From Felis catus (lineage: Eukaryota), in assembly GCF_018350175.1 (NCBI RefSeq), contig NC_058383.1, positions 24,740,001 through 24,804,000 on the forward strand: DNA of 64,000 nucleotides. The letters run 5' to 3'. This document shows, in pieces, positions 1 through 15,000 of the stretch. A program made the translations under genes and the position numbers. The notes beneath the pieces are model-generated. The model had not been told where the DNA came from. It worked only from the letters and a program-made list of their open reading frames with translations, and ran no database searches. Position 1 is the stretch's first letter. Every line of letters starts with the position of its first letter.

Positions 1-130
1 GATTCAGGAGGTATGCCCCTGAGCCAAGCATGGAGATGCCTGGGGGTTAAGGCATGCCTGCCTTTCAGCTTCCAGTCCTTGCCTTTGAGAATGTTGAGAG
101 CCCTCTGGGCACTGCCAAAAGTTTTGAATT
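1..130 (-). CDS. REXO5: REXO5 coding exon 17 (partial): FKTFGSAQRALNILKGKDWKLKGRHALTPRHLHAWLRGIPPES
   Basis: Acceptor AG at 131-132; frame continues from the previous exon. Confidence 0.93.
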
Positions 131-3100
131 CTGAAAGCAAGAATACCCCCTTCTGTCACTAAGGGACTTTAAAAAGCCTGGTCCCCATGGTACCCATCCA
201 GGTTGGAGCTTGCCAGGGCCAGGAGAGGGCAGAATCAGCTGCTGACCTGGTCCAGTCCCCTAGGAGGGCTTATGTGGTGAACATTTACCTTTTCTGACCT
301 CCCATTATCACCATCCCTAATCTCATTACCCCAAGATTACATTGCGTAGTTTAGACTTACTCAGGAAACAGTATTTTTTTTGCTTTCCACTTTTAAGATC
401 TTTAGGCAAGATCACAGCTTCCAGGCCAAGGGAAATGTTGGACTGCTGCAATAGGTGTTCTTTAAAGGTTTGGTTCACTCCAGACAGGTATATAGTACCT
501 CGGTTCTCAGAATCTTGTTCTAGCTCCTTCACAAGAGTGCTAGAGTCAAGAGTGAGCTCCGTCACGGGCCTCTGCACCTAACCAAGGAAGATGGTATTAG
601 TGGTAGCAAGTCACTACTTCAACTTCGAGGCCTATTATATACTAGCAGGTAACTTAATTCTGCAGTTTCCTTATCTATATAAAGAGGTTAATGATAAATG
701 CTGCAGAGGACTATGGTAGAGACTTCTGTATTAGATAAATAATACATAAATGAAAATATTTTTGTGTAAACATACTCTCCTTCCTTTCCTCCTCCCCCGA
801 ACACCCTGCAATGGAAATGAATTCCCTGATTTCTTTTTTTTTTTTTTTTCAATGTTTATTTATTTTTGGGACAGAGAGAGAGATAGCATGAACGGGGGAG
901 GGGCAGAGAGAGAGGGAGACACAGAATCGGAAACAGGCTCCAGGCTCTGAGCCATCAGCCCAGAGCCCGACGCGGGGCTTGAACTCACGGACCGCGAGAT
1001 CGTGACCTGGCTGAAGTCGGACGCTTAACCGACTGCGCCACCCAGGCGCCCCATGAATTCCCTGATTTCTACCCCAATGAAATTATTTGCATAAGAAACT
1101 TAAAGACACCATTTGATCTCTTTAAAAGTTAAAGGAAAGGGCAGCTATGGAAAAACATCCAGAATAAGCCTTTTGAGGTCTAAGTAGTGATAAAGAGTAC
1201 AAGAAGACCCCAATGTAGCCCAGGCTGATTATGACAAGAACAAAAGCTGTCATGTTTTACGGTCACTGCTAGAAGAATGCTGGGCTTGGCTGAAGGCTTT
1301 CCATAACACAAAGTCTTGTGTTTGTTGGGCCTCTTGAGGGCATTTCTCAAGGTGGTGGTATACACTAGGGTACTGTAAATACAGGTCATGCTAGGTCAGG
1401 GCTGATTGAAGGGTGCTGCTTTTTGCTTTCTCTGACTACCCTACCTTGATGCAGGTACTTTCTACCAGAATGCCATCCAAGGATTCTATGGCCAGCTGGG
1501 CAGCTTCCAGAACTTCATACTGAATACACAGATGTGGCTGCAGAAAAAACAAGATTTTATCTTTGCTTTCTAGGCTCAAACTATTAAAGAAGGGATTGGG
1601 AAAGGGCCCTAAACTACTGGCCAGAGCCATCAGAATAAATGTTCTCTGCTATGCTGGGCTAGACAGTGATCGCAGATCACCTTTAGGTAAAATCACCAAG
1701 GTTCGTTAAGTGATTTCTCAGACAATAAGTAACCTTTATTAGTCATTTAAAATTGAAGCCTTCTCTTCCTGGGTGGTGTCAGCAAAGCACTAATAAATCT
1801 TTAGTACCCAACTTGCTTTTATTATGTATTATGAACCACTAAAGTCTTCATTGCAAGTCACAGAGACTAATTTTGTCTTGTTAGCTTAATTTCACACAGG
1901 CACCTTTCTTATAAGCTTGGGGAGGTTAAGTGCTTCTACTGGATAGGCTGCATCTTCAAATTGACTGCTTTTCTGCTTAATGATTGAGGTATAGCATCAT
2001 CATGGAGATTAAAGTGCTCCCAGAGAAAAGCTTCATGATACTAATTTGGCAAAAGAAAATAAAACAATTGGACTTTATCAGAATTAAGAAGTACATCAAA
2101 GGACACTGTCAACAATGTCAGAAAGCAACCCTAAGAATGGGAGAAAATATTTGCAAATCACGTATCTAGTGTAGACTTCATATCTAGGGGCGCCTGGGTA
2201 GCTCCCTCAGTTTGGCATCCAACTCTTGATTTGGGCTCAGATCATGATTCCAGGGTCATGGGATTGATCCCTGCGTCCTCTGTACTGAGCATGGAGCTTG
2301 CTTAAGATTCTCTCTGTCCCTCTGCCCCTCACCCTGCTTGCATTTGTTCTCTCTCTCTCAAAAAAAAAAAAAAAAAAAGTATCTAAAATACATAAACTGA
2401 TAAAACTCAATAATAAAATATCAACCCAATTAAAAATGGGCAAAAGGACTTGAATAGATAATAGGTATTTCTCCAAAGACATATAAAAGAGAGATAGAAA
2501 TGCAAAAGGGAGACAGAAAAAATAAGTGTCAGCTGGAATATGGAGAAACTGGAACCCTTGGCACTCAGGGAATGTAAAATGGTGGAGCCACCGGGGAAAC
2601 CAGTATGGCAGTTCCTCAAAAAACTATACATAGAATTGTCAATTTTGGATATATACCCACAAGAATTAAAAACAGAGACTTAAATAGATATTTGTACATC
2701 CATGTTCACAGAAACATTATTCAGAGTAGCCAAAAAAAGGAAACCGTCCAGATGTCCATCAACAGATGAATGGATTAACAAAATGTAGTACATCCATACA
2801 ATGGAATATTATTTAGCTTTGGAAGGAATGAGATTCTGAAACATGCTACATGGATGAACCTTGAAGACACCATGCTAAGTGAAATAAGCCAGAAACAAAA
2901 GGACAAGTACTGTATGAGTACACTTATGTGATGTATAACAGACTAGTCAAATTTATAAAAACAGCACAATAGTGGTTACCATGTTTGGGGGAGAAGGACT
3001 GGAATTCTTGTTTAATGGGCACAGAGTTTCAGTTCAGAGTGATGAAAAAGTTCTAGATACATTCCAAAACCCCCAGTAGATGCCTGAAACCAGAGATAGT

Positions 3101-6100
3101 ACTGAACCCCTGTATATACTATGTCTTTTTCTACACATAAATATCTGTGATACAGTTTAACTTACAAAAGCACAGTAAAACATTAAAACAATAATAATAA
3201 AATATAACAATATACTGTAATAATGTTATGTGAATGTGGTCTCTGTCTCAAAATACTCTACTGTATTTATCCTTCTTATGATGTGAGACAATAAAATGCC
3301 TACTGGTTAAGATGAAGTGAGGTGAATGACTTCCACAGGCATTGTGAGGTAGTGTTAGGTTACTACTGATATTCTGACGATACATATGTTAGGAAGAAGA
3401 TCAAGTGCTTCTGGACTGTGGATAAGGAGGTACTACTGTACTTAGTAACAGAACTGTACATTTCAAAACAGCTAAAAAGGCAAATTTTATGTAGATTTTA
3501 CCAAAAAGAAACAAAAATCAAGACTTCTAGCAAGAAATTACAGTCCCTTGACATATCCTTTTTATCCCTTAGGTTTATCTTTCCGGGGGATATTTCTATT
3601 TATATTTTTAGGTATAGGAAAGACATTAATAAAAGATTAGGAAAAAGCACATTTTAAGTATCTAGGATTCTGTACTTAGATCACTTTGTAAGATAGATTT
3701 TTTTTATTAAAAAAAACTTTTTTAATGTTTTATTTTTGAGAGACACAGAATGTGAGTGGGAAAGGGGCAGAGACAGAGGGAGACACAGAATCTGAAGCAG
3801 GCTCCAGGCTCTGAGCTGTCAGCACAGACCCCGATGTGGGGCTTGAACTCACAGACCACAAGATGGTGACCTGCGCTGAAGTCATGCTTAACCTACTGAG
3901 CCACCCAGGTGCCCCATGGAAGATGGTAGATTTCTTGATTCTCAAAACAAAACAAAAAAATCAGAGGGTTGGCAATACTAGGTACACATCCTTGTGGGTC
4001 AAGAACTGCTTCATCAAACAGAGCATGACTCATACTCCAGTTGGTGACAATCAAGCTCACATCAGTAATATTTGTTACCTGAATGGCCCCAGTAGACACC
4101 TGAATTTCCAACACTAATCCAAAGGTGAAAATCTAAGTTTTCCTGTTTCATTACCTGATGGGTTTCAAGAACAAGAGACATTGACCGGACTGGGCCAAAG
4201 CTCTTAAAAAGCCTCTTCACAGCCCTGAGGTTGCAATTTTTGCTAAATGGCCCAGCATAAACAGTTGACATCTCTGTCCACTTGCTCCTCATCTATAAGA
4301 AAAACAATACAGCAAGGAGGTGAATGTGGTAAAAGAATTAAATCAAATCTAAAAAAATCGTGAGTCAAAACATGGGATAACTCTGATTCAAGAAATTTCT
4401 CAACACAAACACTTGCCAAATGCACAAAGATTTGTATACAAGGATTTCATGACCACACTATTTGGAATAGCAAAAATTTATAAAGCACAAATGATGAAAA
4501 GAACAGGTATACAAATGGAATACTATACAGCCGTTAAAAACAAAGATTGTGTACTGACATGAAAAGATGTACATGATACACTTAAATGAAAAAGTAAAGC
4601 TGCATGATAGTATACATAGTCTGATTCCCATTTTTATAAAAATGTGTTTTCCAAAATATTAATACAAAGAAAATGGAGAAATATAGAGCAAACATAATAA
4701 AGTATGCATTACTTTCCTTTATGCAGAGAGATTATAACTCATTAAGTAAATCATCTAGCACAACTCATTTACTTACCCTCTTGTTCATCTCCTCAGTGAG
4801 TTTGTATGAAAAAGGTTCAAAAGAGAACTGGACGATGCTGAAGGGAAACAGAGGGATTTCCACTCTGGCCTGCTCAAGAACCTGCAGAGAACAGCAAAGC
4901 CTGGATGAGGCAGGAACCTAGTGGCTCCTAGAAGTGAGCCACAATAATATGAACAAGGTTGCCTTTTTTGCCCATGTTAAAAAGCAATATGGGGCTGACT
5001 TTAAGGTCTAGAAGAAAATGGTGACCCCATACAACTTTCTAGAAAACAGTAAAGAGAATGATTAACATCACACAGGATTCATGCCTTTAGGATTACTAAG
5101 AAAAAGAGACTACTATAACCAAATTATCTCTAAGAAATAAGTTAAATCCCAACAGAGCTCCCACCATTTCATACTGTTAAAGCCTGTGAGTAAAGACAGC
5201 AAGGAGAGGAGGCTTAAGAGACTGGAAAGAAATCAAGAGGCATGAAAGTCTTAGATGAAGTACAAACAAAATCCCCCCCGAAAAGAAAAAGCACAACTGA
5301 AAGCCAAAATAATGAACACATGTCACGAATTTGATATTTCACAACACTTGACTAAAGGGAAGAAGCTTGGCAGCCTCAGAGAAATGCTTTTGGGGAAGAT
5401 AAGATCTATAGAGAAGAGGTAATGCCTCCTTAGAGACACTGCAGTGAAGGGAAAGAAGGAAATAAGGGAGGAAATTAAGGATCCTGGCAGAAAGATAATA
5501 AGACTAATGCCACCCTCTCCCAAGAGTATTATAAACTCCTTATTCTTTCCAGCACAGTATCATCCTCAAAATAAGCACTTAAAAAAAAAAAGAGAGAGAG
5601 AGAGAGAGGCATCAGCAAAGTGCAATACAAGGAAGCTTCAGGCCCTTACTCTCCCACAAATACCAAGTTAGCAATATAGGCCAGAATACTTTTGTGTATT
5701 CTGTGAGAAACCAGTTGAGAAGCCACAGCATTTAGACCAACATAAAATCAAGAAAGGATTCTATGGAAAGGAGTAAGAAAATTTGTGGTGTTTTGCATGC
5801 TCATTCATACCCCTCCCCCCGTCCAACCTAGCACAGTACAACTCAGAGGAAACCTCCCCACACTGGGAGATTCAACATTTTGGCTTGTCTTGAGGCTGCC
5901 TCAGGGACTAGTTTCTGTCTCACTTGACTCAAAGCACTGATGGCACTGGCAGCATTGTTTAGAAATTCCTGAAAAGGAGTGATGTCAGTAAGGTCATAAA
6001 GTAGGAAGCTTCAGGCCCTCATTCTTCCACAAAGACACCAAGTTAACAATAACAAAGAGACCAGAATACCTTTGCAAGAACTCTAGAAACCAGTTGAGAA

Positions 6101-8616
6101 GCAACAGCATCAAGACCAACAAAAAAACCCAGGGGTTTCAGCAAAAGGGAAAGGAAAATATGCAGTTTTATGTGCCTACCTATGTTCCTCCCCATCCTAG
6201 GAAGGATCCACTGGACATCCTCCCACTGGATGGAAATAAGAGTGGACTCTTCATCCAATTTTATGGCTAGTCTAGGGTCGCTGAGGGACTAGTTTCTGTC
6301 TCACCTGACGTAGAGAACTAACAGGACTAGGACTGGCAGCCTTGTTTGGAAGCCAGTGAAAGCAAATGCAATCACCATAGCACATTAGAGCCACAGTTTC
6401 ATAGGCAGATGCCAAAGGGGGTAAGAGATTATGAGCATTGAGAAGAAACAGACAAGCTCCTTAGGGAATCTGAGATAACTAAAAGTACTCACATAAGCTC
6501 CGAGAAGACACATCCTCAAATTGGTTTGAGAGGTCCTGGAACCTCTAGCTAGGCTATTTACCGAAAGTCTTCTGCTCCATGATGCCAAGCCATATGATGG
6601 CAGAGATAGTTGGTTCTTTTCCAAATGGTTAGATCTCAACAAAGAAGATCACAAGGCATACAAAAAATAGGGGGAAATGGCCCAAATGAACAAAATAAAA
6701 TTCTAGAAACTAAACCTAAAGAAACACAGAATGAACTAAAAGAACAACACAGACAACTAATGGAAATCAGCAAAATGATGCATGAACAGTATGAGAATAT
6801 CAACAAAGAGCAGCCATAAAAAATGAATGAAATCCTGGAGCTGGAAACACAGTAAGTGAATTCAAAAATTCACTAAAGGAGTACAACATCAGTATTGATT
6901 AGGCAGAAGAATGAATTAACAAATGTAAAGACAGATCATTTGAAATCATCAAGTCAGAGTAAAAAAAAAAAAGAAACAAACAGATCCTAAGATGGGACAA
7001 TATCCAGAAGACCAGTGTACATACAATGGAGTCCTGGAAGAAGAGAGAAAGGGACAGAGAGCTTATTTGAAGTAACAATGGCTGAAAACTTCCCAAATCT
7101 GAAAAAAAGAAATGGACCTTGAAATTCAAGAAGCTCAAAGAACTCCAACCAGGATAAATCTAATAAATCTAAAGAAACCCACACAAAGACATATTACAAT
7201 CAAACTGTCAAAAGTAAAAATCAAAGACAGAATCTTGAGAACATCAAGAGAAAAGCAACTCCTTGCATAGGAGGGAACTTCCTTAAGATTATCAGTGGAT
7301 TTTTCAGCAGAAATCTTGCAGGCCAGCAGAGTGGTGTGATATATTCAAAGTGCTAAAGAAAAAAAAATCAAGAATACTGCAGCCAGCAGGACTCTGCTTC
7401 AAAAATGGAGGGGAAAAAAAAAAAAAGCTGACAGAATTCATTACAACTAGCCCTGATCTGCAGGAAAGGCTAAAGGGAGTCCTTCATGATGGAAGAACAT
7501 TAGACAGCAACAAGACACCACATGAAAACAAAGTTTCCAGTAAAGGCAAACACGTGGTCAAATACAGTAACCTCTATTACTGTAATCTTGGTGTATCAAT
7601 TCACTTTTAATTCTTATTCAAAATTTAAGTGACAAAAACATGAAAAAATAACTATTCCTATGTTAATGAATATATAATCTATATAGATGTGATTGACTAA
7701 TTATTAAATGCATTCACTTAATCATTTTCAAACTCTATTGGTAACTTTTCCTGTTTTTTATTTTAATGTTTTAATTTGAATATAGCTGACATACAATGTT
7801 ACATTAATTTCAGGTGTACAACATAAGTGATTCAACATCTCTATACATTATGCTACACTCACTACATTTATCACTGTACAATGCTAATACAATATCATTG
7901 GCTATATTCCCTATGCTACATCTTTTACATAAAGGTGCAATTTATAACATCAATAACATAAAATGGGGAGAGTGGAGCTTATAAAAGTAGAGTTTTTGTA
8001 TGCAACTGAAATTAAGCTTTAAGATGTTTTAGGTAGTTGTAATAACTATAAACAAAATATTTATAGAATATACACAAAAGGAAATGATAAAGATATCAAA
8101 ATATGTCACTACAAAAAAAAAATCACAAAGGACACAAAGGAGGACAGTAGAGAGGAAAAGAGGGACATGGCACTGGCATAAAGACAGACATCTAGAACAA
8201 TGGAACAGAATAGAATTCAGAAGTAAAACCTTGAGTATATGGTCAAATGATCTTTGACAAAAGTATATAGTCTAACAAAATGGTACTGGGAAAACTGGAT
8301 ATCCACATGCTAAGGAGGGAAGTTGGAACCTTGCCTTACACCATCTATAGAAATTAACTTAAAATGGATTAAACACCCAAAGGTAAGGTCCAGAACTATA
8401 AAACCCCTAGAAGAAAACATAGAGGAAAGTTTCATAATAATGGATTTGTCAATGATTTCCTGGGTATAACATCAAAAGCACAGGCCACAAAAGCAAAAAT
8501 AGACAAATGGGACTACTTAGTTCCTTAAAACACACAATCAGCAGAGTGAAAAGGCAACCTATGGAATGAGAAAATGTTTGCGAATCATGTATCTGATGGG
8601 GAAGTAAACATACTGG

Positions 8617-8668
<52 letters not shown>

Positions 8669-11600
8669 GTATATATGTATATGTACATATGTATATATGT
8701 ATATGTATATATATATGCATATACATACATACACATATGCACGCGCACACGTAGGGGCACCTGGGTGGTTCAGTTTGTTGAGCGTCTGACTTCAGCTCAG
8801 GTCATGATCTTACGGCTTGTGAGTTCGAGCCCCACATCAGGCTCTATGCTGACAACTCACAGCCTGGAGCCTGCTTCAGATTGTCTCTGTCTCTCTGCCC
8901 CTCTACCGCTCATGCTCTCTCTCTCTCAAATATAAATAAACATTAAAAAAAAATCCTAAAATATTAACAACAAAAAAAAAACCAATTAAAAACTGGGACT
9001 TCAGGGGCACCTGGATGGCTCAGTCGGTTAGGTGTCCTACTTCAGCTCAGGTCATGATCTCGCGGTCTGTGAGGTTGAGCCCCGCCATCAGGCCCTGTGC
9101 GGACAGCTTGGAGCATGGAGCCTGCTTCAGATTCTGTGTCTCCTTCTCTCTCTGCTACTCCCCCACTCATGCTCTTTCTCCATCTCCCAAAAATAAATAA
9201 ATGTTAAAAAAAAATTTTTTTTAAATGGGACTTCAATAGACATTTCTTAGAAGATTATATACAAGTGACAAAAGAAATGTTCAACATCACTAATTATAAG
9301 ATACAATGAGCTATCACCTCATACCCATTAGGATGGCTACTAATAAAAAAAGTAAAAGTGTTGGCAGAGCTGTGGAAAAGTTGGAACTCTTATGAACTCT
9401 GTTGGCAGGAGTGTAAAATGCCGCAACCACTATGGTGAGTGAACACTTATAGGAGTTTCTCAAAAAATTAAAATCCCTTTAAAAAAATAACTATTTAGGG
9501 GCACCTGGGTGGCTTAGTCGGTTAAGTGTCCAACTTCAGCTCAGGTCACGATCTCATGGCTTGTTGAGTTTGAGCCCTGCATCGGGCTCTATGCTGACAG
9601 GTCAGCGCCTAGAGCTTGCTTCAGATTCTGTGTCTCTCTCTCTCTCTCTGCCCCTTCCTTGCTTGTACTCTCTCTCAAAAATAAACAAACATTAAACATA
9701 AATAAAAATAACTATTTAAAGTAAAATAATAACATGTAGAAGTAAAATGAATGATGACAACAACAGCATCATGCCAGGAGGGGAAAATGCAAATATACAA
9801 TTGTAAGGTTCTTGTATGTTGAGTAGTAGAAGATCACTTAAGGTAAATTGGGACAAGTTAAGGATATACTATAAATCCTAAAGCAACCACTAAAATAACA
9901 CAACAGAGAGTCATAGTTAATACACTGCCAAAAGAGATAAAATGATCATAAAAAATACCACATTAACTCAAAGGAAAAAGAAGAAATAGGAAAAAAAAAG
10001 AGATGGGACAAATAGAAAACACAGCAAGATAAGAGATTTAAACCTAACAATATCAATAGTCATATTAAATGCAAATAACCCTACTACACCATTTAAACAG
10101 CAACAATTACTGGATTGAACAAAAAAGCAAAGCCTAATTGATTATTACAAGAAACCCACTTTATTGTTTTATTTTTTTTAAACATAGATTTCTTAACTTA
10201 TTTATTTACTTATTTACTTATTTTTTAGAGAGAGAGGTTCTTAAGCTGGCTCCATGCTCACTGCATGGGATTGAGGCAGGGCTCGATCCTATGACCCTGG
10301 GATCATGATCTGAGCCAAAATCTAGAGTCAGATACTGAGCCAGCCACCCAGGGACCCCAAAAAACCCACTTTAAATATAAAGATACAAATAGACTAATGC
10401 AAAATAAAAAATATGTACCATGACAACAGTAATCAAAAGGAAGCAGGAGGGGCTATATTAATATTAGACAAAGTATAAGTCAGAATAGAAAATGCTTCTG
10501 GGGATAAAGGCCTATTTGTAATGATAAAGGGGCCAATTCATCAGGAAGACATAATGCATAATGTTTATGGGTCTAATAGCAAAGCTTCATTATACACAAA
10601 GCAAAAATTAATGAGACTCCAAGAGTATACATACAAATCCACAGTTATAGTTGGAGATTCCACCTCTCAATAAATTTAAAAGGATTCAAGTAATTGAAAG
10701 TACATTCTTGGATGACAGATAATTTAAGAAGTCAGTAATAGATCTCAGGAAGATACCTAATTATTAAATGGAAACTAAATAACACACTTCTAAAATGCCA
10801 TGGGCCAAAGAAATAATCAAAAGCAAAATTAAAAAGAATTCTGAACTGAATGAAAACAAAACTTATCAAGATATCTAAGATGCAGCTAAATATAGAACTT
10901 GGAGGGAAATTTATAGCTCTAAAATACCTGTAGTTAAAAAGAACAGTTGCAAATCAATGACCTCACCTAACACTGTTCTGGCTGCATTAGCCAAAGCATT
11001 TAGAAAAAAAAAATTAGGGACATGAGAATTGGAAAAGGAGAAATAAAACTATGGTACATAAACACACTGGAGTATGATGTAGCTATAATAAAGAATAAAG
11101 AAGATCCTCAACAAATTGATATGATTTCTAGGATATGTTGTTAAGAAGAAAGAGCCAACTGCAAAAGAGCTTATATAGTATGTTAACTTCTGTGTAATAA
11201 AGAGAAATATCTGCTTTTCTTTACAAAAAAAAAAAGGGGGGGGAGTGAAGTATAAATGAGAAAATAACAAAGTTATTTACTTACATGAGGTAGTGGGAAG
11301 GATTAGGTAACAGAGATATGTAAGGGAATTCTACTTCTCTGAGTATATACTTTTTGGTAGTTTTGCCTTGGGAGGCACATTAATGTTCTACAGATCCCAA
11401 AAATAAATCAATAAAGATTCAAGAGGGAAAAAAGCCTAAAACTGAAAGCAAAATGAAACAATTGAACCGAACTATATTTTAAATACAGCTAACCTGTAGG
11501 TGAGAAAAACCAAGTAACTTATAAATGAAAAATATTCCAACTGAATACCCAATATTCAGTTGTAAATGGGGTGAAGGATAAGGAACAGACTGAACTTCAA

Positions 11601-12057
11601 ATTCTTAACTAATTCTACAGTGATTTGGGTGCAACAATTCTACAACTATTTTGGATATAGTTTAGGTTTGAGCAATGAGTAAATGTTGATGTTGTTGGGA
11701 GCCAATGTTCCCACACTGGATAAAGGGAGATTCAAATATAGAATGAGGAAAATCAAGGAACACCCCTATACGAAAAGGCTGAAATTAAAGGTATTCATAT
11801 AGACATATGATTTCTAAAATATGTGTATACATATATATGTGTGTGTATATGTATATACATATATATATACATTTATATTTATATGTGTGTGTGTGTGTGT
11901 GTGCACGCACATGTATGTATATCTATATGCATTTATTTCCTGTTGTCTGCTTTAAGGGTCTAGAAACAAAGACACCCCAGTAGCAATATGCATACCCAAT
12001 GCCCAGATCTTGGTTTCTAATATCATGATGAAACTAAATATCTTGTAACAAAAAGTG

Positions 12058-12091
<34 letters not shown>

Positions 12092-15000
12092 ATGGGTGCA
12101 TGTCACAAGGACAAAGAAGCCACTTTGAAGGGGCTACCATTCGCTAAATCTGGGAAGTCTGAAAACCAAAACAATGTAGTAAAATCATATATTATAATTT
12201 ATAATTAAACAAGAATCTATGAGTCCTGAACTAAACTGGAATCTGTGAGTCCACACTGAATGAATAAATAAATAAATAAGGTAAAGGGAGGACTCTTGCT
12301 TATGGAATGCTGAGTAACAACTAGTAAGTATGAAGGAAATGCTAGAGTTGGAAACCACTGTACAACAGGTTAAGAATCATCAGTTTTTCAAAAAAGTATC
12401 TCCTCATATTACTTATTAGAAGTAAGGGACAAAAGTAGTAAATCTACAGTGGAGATAGCAGACAACATCTTGCTAAGGTCATCAAAATAAACAGCACAAA
12501 AGACAGGACAGATGGGCAACATGTGCCTCTGATATGATACCCTGGAAAGTAAACATGACTTATAAGTAGTCTGGCAAAGAATGCATAACCTGTGTCTAAT
12601 CATGGGGAAACACCACACAAACTCATAATTGAGGAACATTCTGGGTGAGGTGATATGCAACATGTATTACTTAAAAACCACCACTGTCATGAAAAAAGAA
12701 AGGTTGAGGGATGTATTCAGATTAAGGGAAACTAAAAAGATGGGACAACTAAATGCAGTATGTGGCCCTGGAAGGGAAAAGAAATGCTAAAAGGCATTAT
12801 TGGGTCAACTAAAAACAGTGAAATACAGATGAAATTAGAGAAAGGTACTGTGTTAATATTAAATTTACTGAAGTTTATTATGGTTATATAAGAGAATATT
12901 TCTGTTTTCAGGAAATATACATTGAAGTATAGAGGGGGGAAGGGCCATGATATACGCAACTTACACTCAAATAGTTTCAAAATTAAAATGTCATATAGAA
13001 AGAGGTAGAAAGAAATAGCAAGAGAGGATAAGCATGCCAGCATATACACACATAGAGCAAATGGGACAAAGTGCTAACAGAAGATGAATCCAGTTAGAAG
13101 GTATAGACGAACATTCATGTAAATTTTCTCTAAGTTTATAAAACTCTTTCCAAATAAAATTGAAAAAAAAATATATATATAGGTCTTCTGAACAAGATGA
13201 CTTAAATTCATGTTGTGATCTATCCCTTCTACTTTACACATACAGCAATAATAGAAAAAAATATAAGAGACAACCAAAAAAATACAGTCAGGTTAAAAAC
13301 TAAGATAAACATCTCTATAAACCAGAAGAAGACCAGAAATACAAAGTGGTGTACGATGCCGAAGGTGGGCTCGGCAAGCAGACACTGTCAGCTGACAGTC
13401 CTGCTCCTGTGGGGCAACCGGAACACAACCTTCAAAGAGAAAGTAGGTCACTCACCTCTTTATTTGTAAGGCACTTAATAGTTTGACAGTTTCTGGAAGA
13501 AGAAAGTTCACTAGTTTCTGCTTCCCGGGTCAAGAAAAGGAGTTTCTGACCCATTAAGTCCAAGCATTCTAAAACACTGTAAAGAAGTTGAAGATATCAG
13601 ATTAAGAACCACCATTTTCCCTAACCTCAGAGTTATTTCTCTATACTTGTACTGTCAAATAAGGGAGCCACTAGCAACATGTGGCTATTTTACTTAAAAT
13701 TAATTAGTATTAAACAAATTTACAATTCAGTTCCTCAATTGCATTAATCACATGTACTGTACTGTGTGGACCTTACTGGACAGCAGAGATATAAAACAAT
13801 TCCATCACTGTAGAAATCATACTGGACAGTAGTGCTCTATATTTAAGGGAAGGAAGGATAAACAAGAAAAATTCTCAATGTTTAGGTTATACTCTAAGGA
13901 TCTGATACATTTATTATGGTGTGGTGACAAACTCCTTCTGAACCTGTTTTTCGTTTTCCTCTAACCTGGGCAATACCTCAAGGCTATAGGTGATTGTTGA
14001 AATCAAAATACCCACAAGTCTATCATCTCCCCTAATGCTACTTAGTTCATTTCAATATCTTTTTTTTTGTTTGTTTGGTGAGACAGTTATTTTAATAGCA
14101 GTCACGAGATTTAGAAAATAATAATAGACGCTACTTAGGGTAGAAGGTGGTATTTTTCCCTCCATGGTTTCTGTGATGGAAGAATGTTACTCATACTATT
14201 GGTAAACATTTTTCAATAGACTTAACAAACAAAAAACTCCAAGTTTTGTATGTCACAAACCATATACCCTTTGTTCTTGTTTAGATCTGAAAAATATTAC
14301 CTTGTGTTTGACTGCTGAACTACTTCTGCTGTATTTCTTGGCCCTTGGCCTGCTGCTAGCAATTCTTGGTGACTAGCTAGTGCCTCCAGATTTAGTTCTG
14401 CAATCTTGAAGAAAATAAAGTAGTAAAAACCATCTAATTTCCTGCAAAGCATTTGAGGTTTAAAAAAACAAAACAGAAAAAAAAAAAAAATCCAAGAAAA
14501 ACCCATTCAAGTGGTGTTCTTTGCTTCTGCAGACAGTGGCTTTGTCACTGCCACAGACCCAGGCTGGCTTCAATAGTTACCAGATTGTTTCTGGCTGCTT
14601 AGCCAAGAATGGCAATCTGTTACCAGCTGTTGGTGTTGTTATATGAATACAGAAAAAGGGCCAAGTAGGGCTAAGTAAAAAGGGATGGCAATTTTGACTC
14701 ATCACTGACCCCATGGAGTCAGTCATTTAAAATTTACTTCTTTATGAACATGCAACTTTTGTAAATGATAAAAGAATGGCTTTTACAGCAACATCAAAAA
14801 AGACCTTTTATTGGTTTAATACAAAATCAGTTTATTATTCTTCCATAAAGAGGGGAGACCACTTGGGAGTTGTGATGTAGAGAGTGAGATACAAACTATT
14901 ATTTATATGTCCAATAAGATATTTTAGAATGTCTTTCTACCACCATGACACAAAATACTATTCTGGATGTTCATGGCTCTAAATGGACTACAATTTATTT

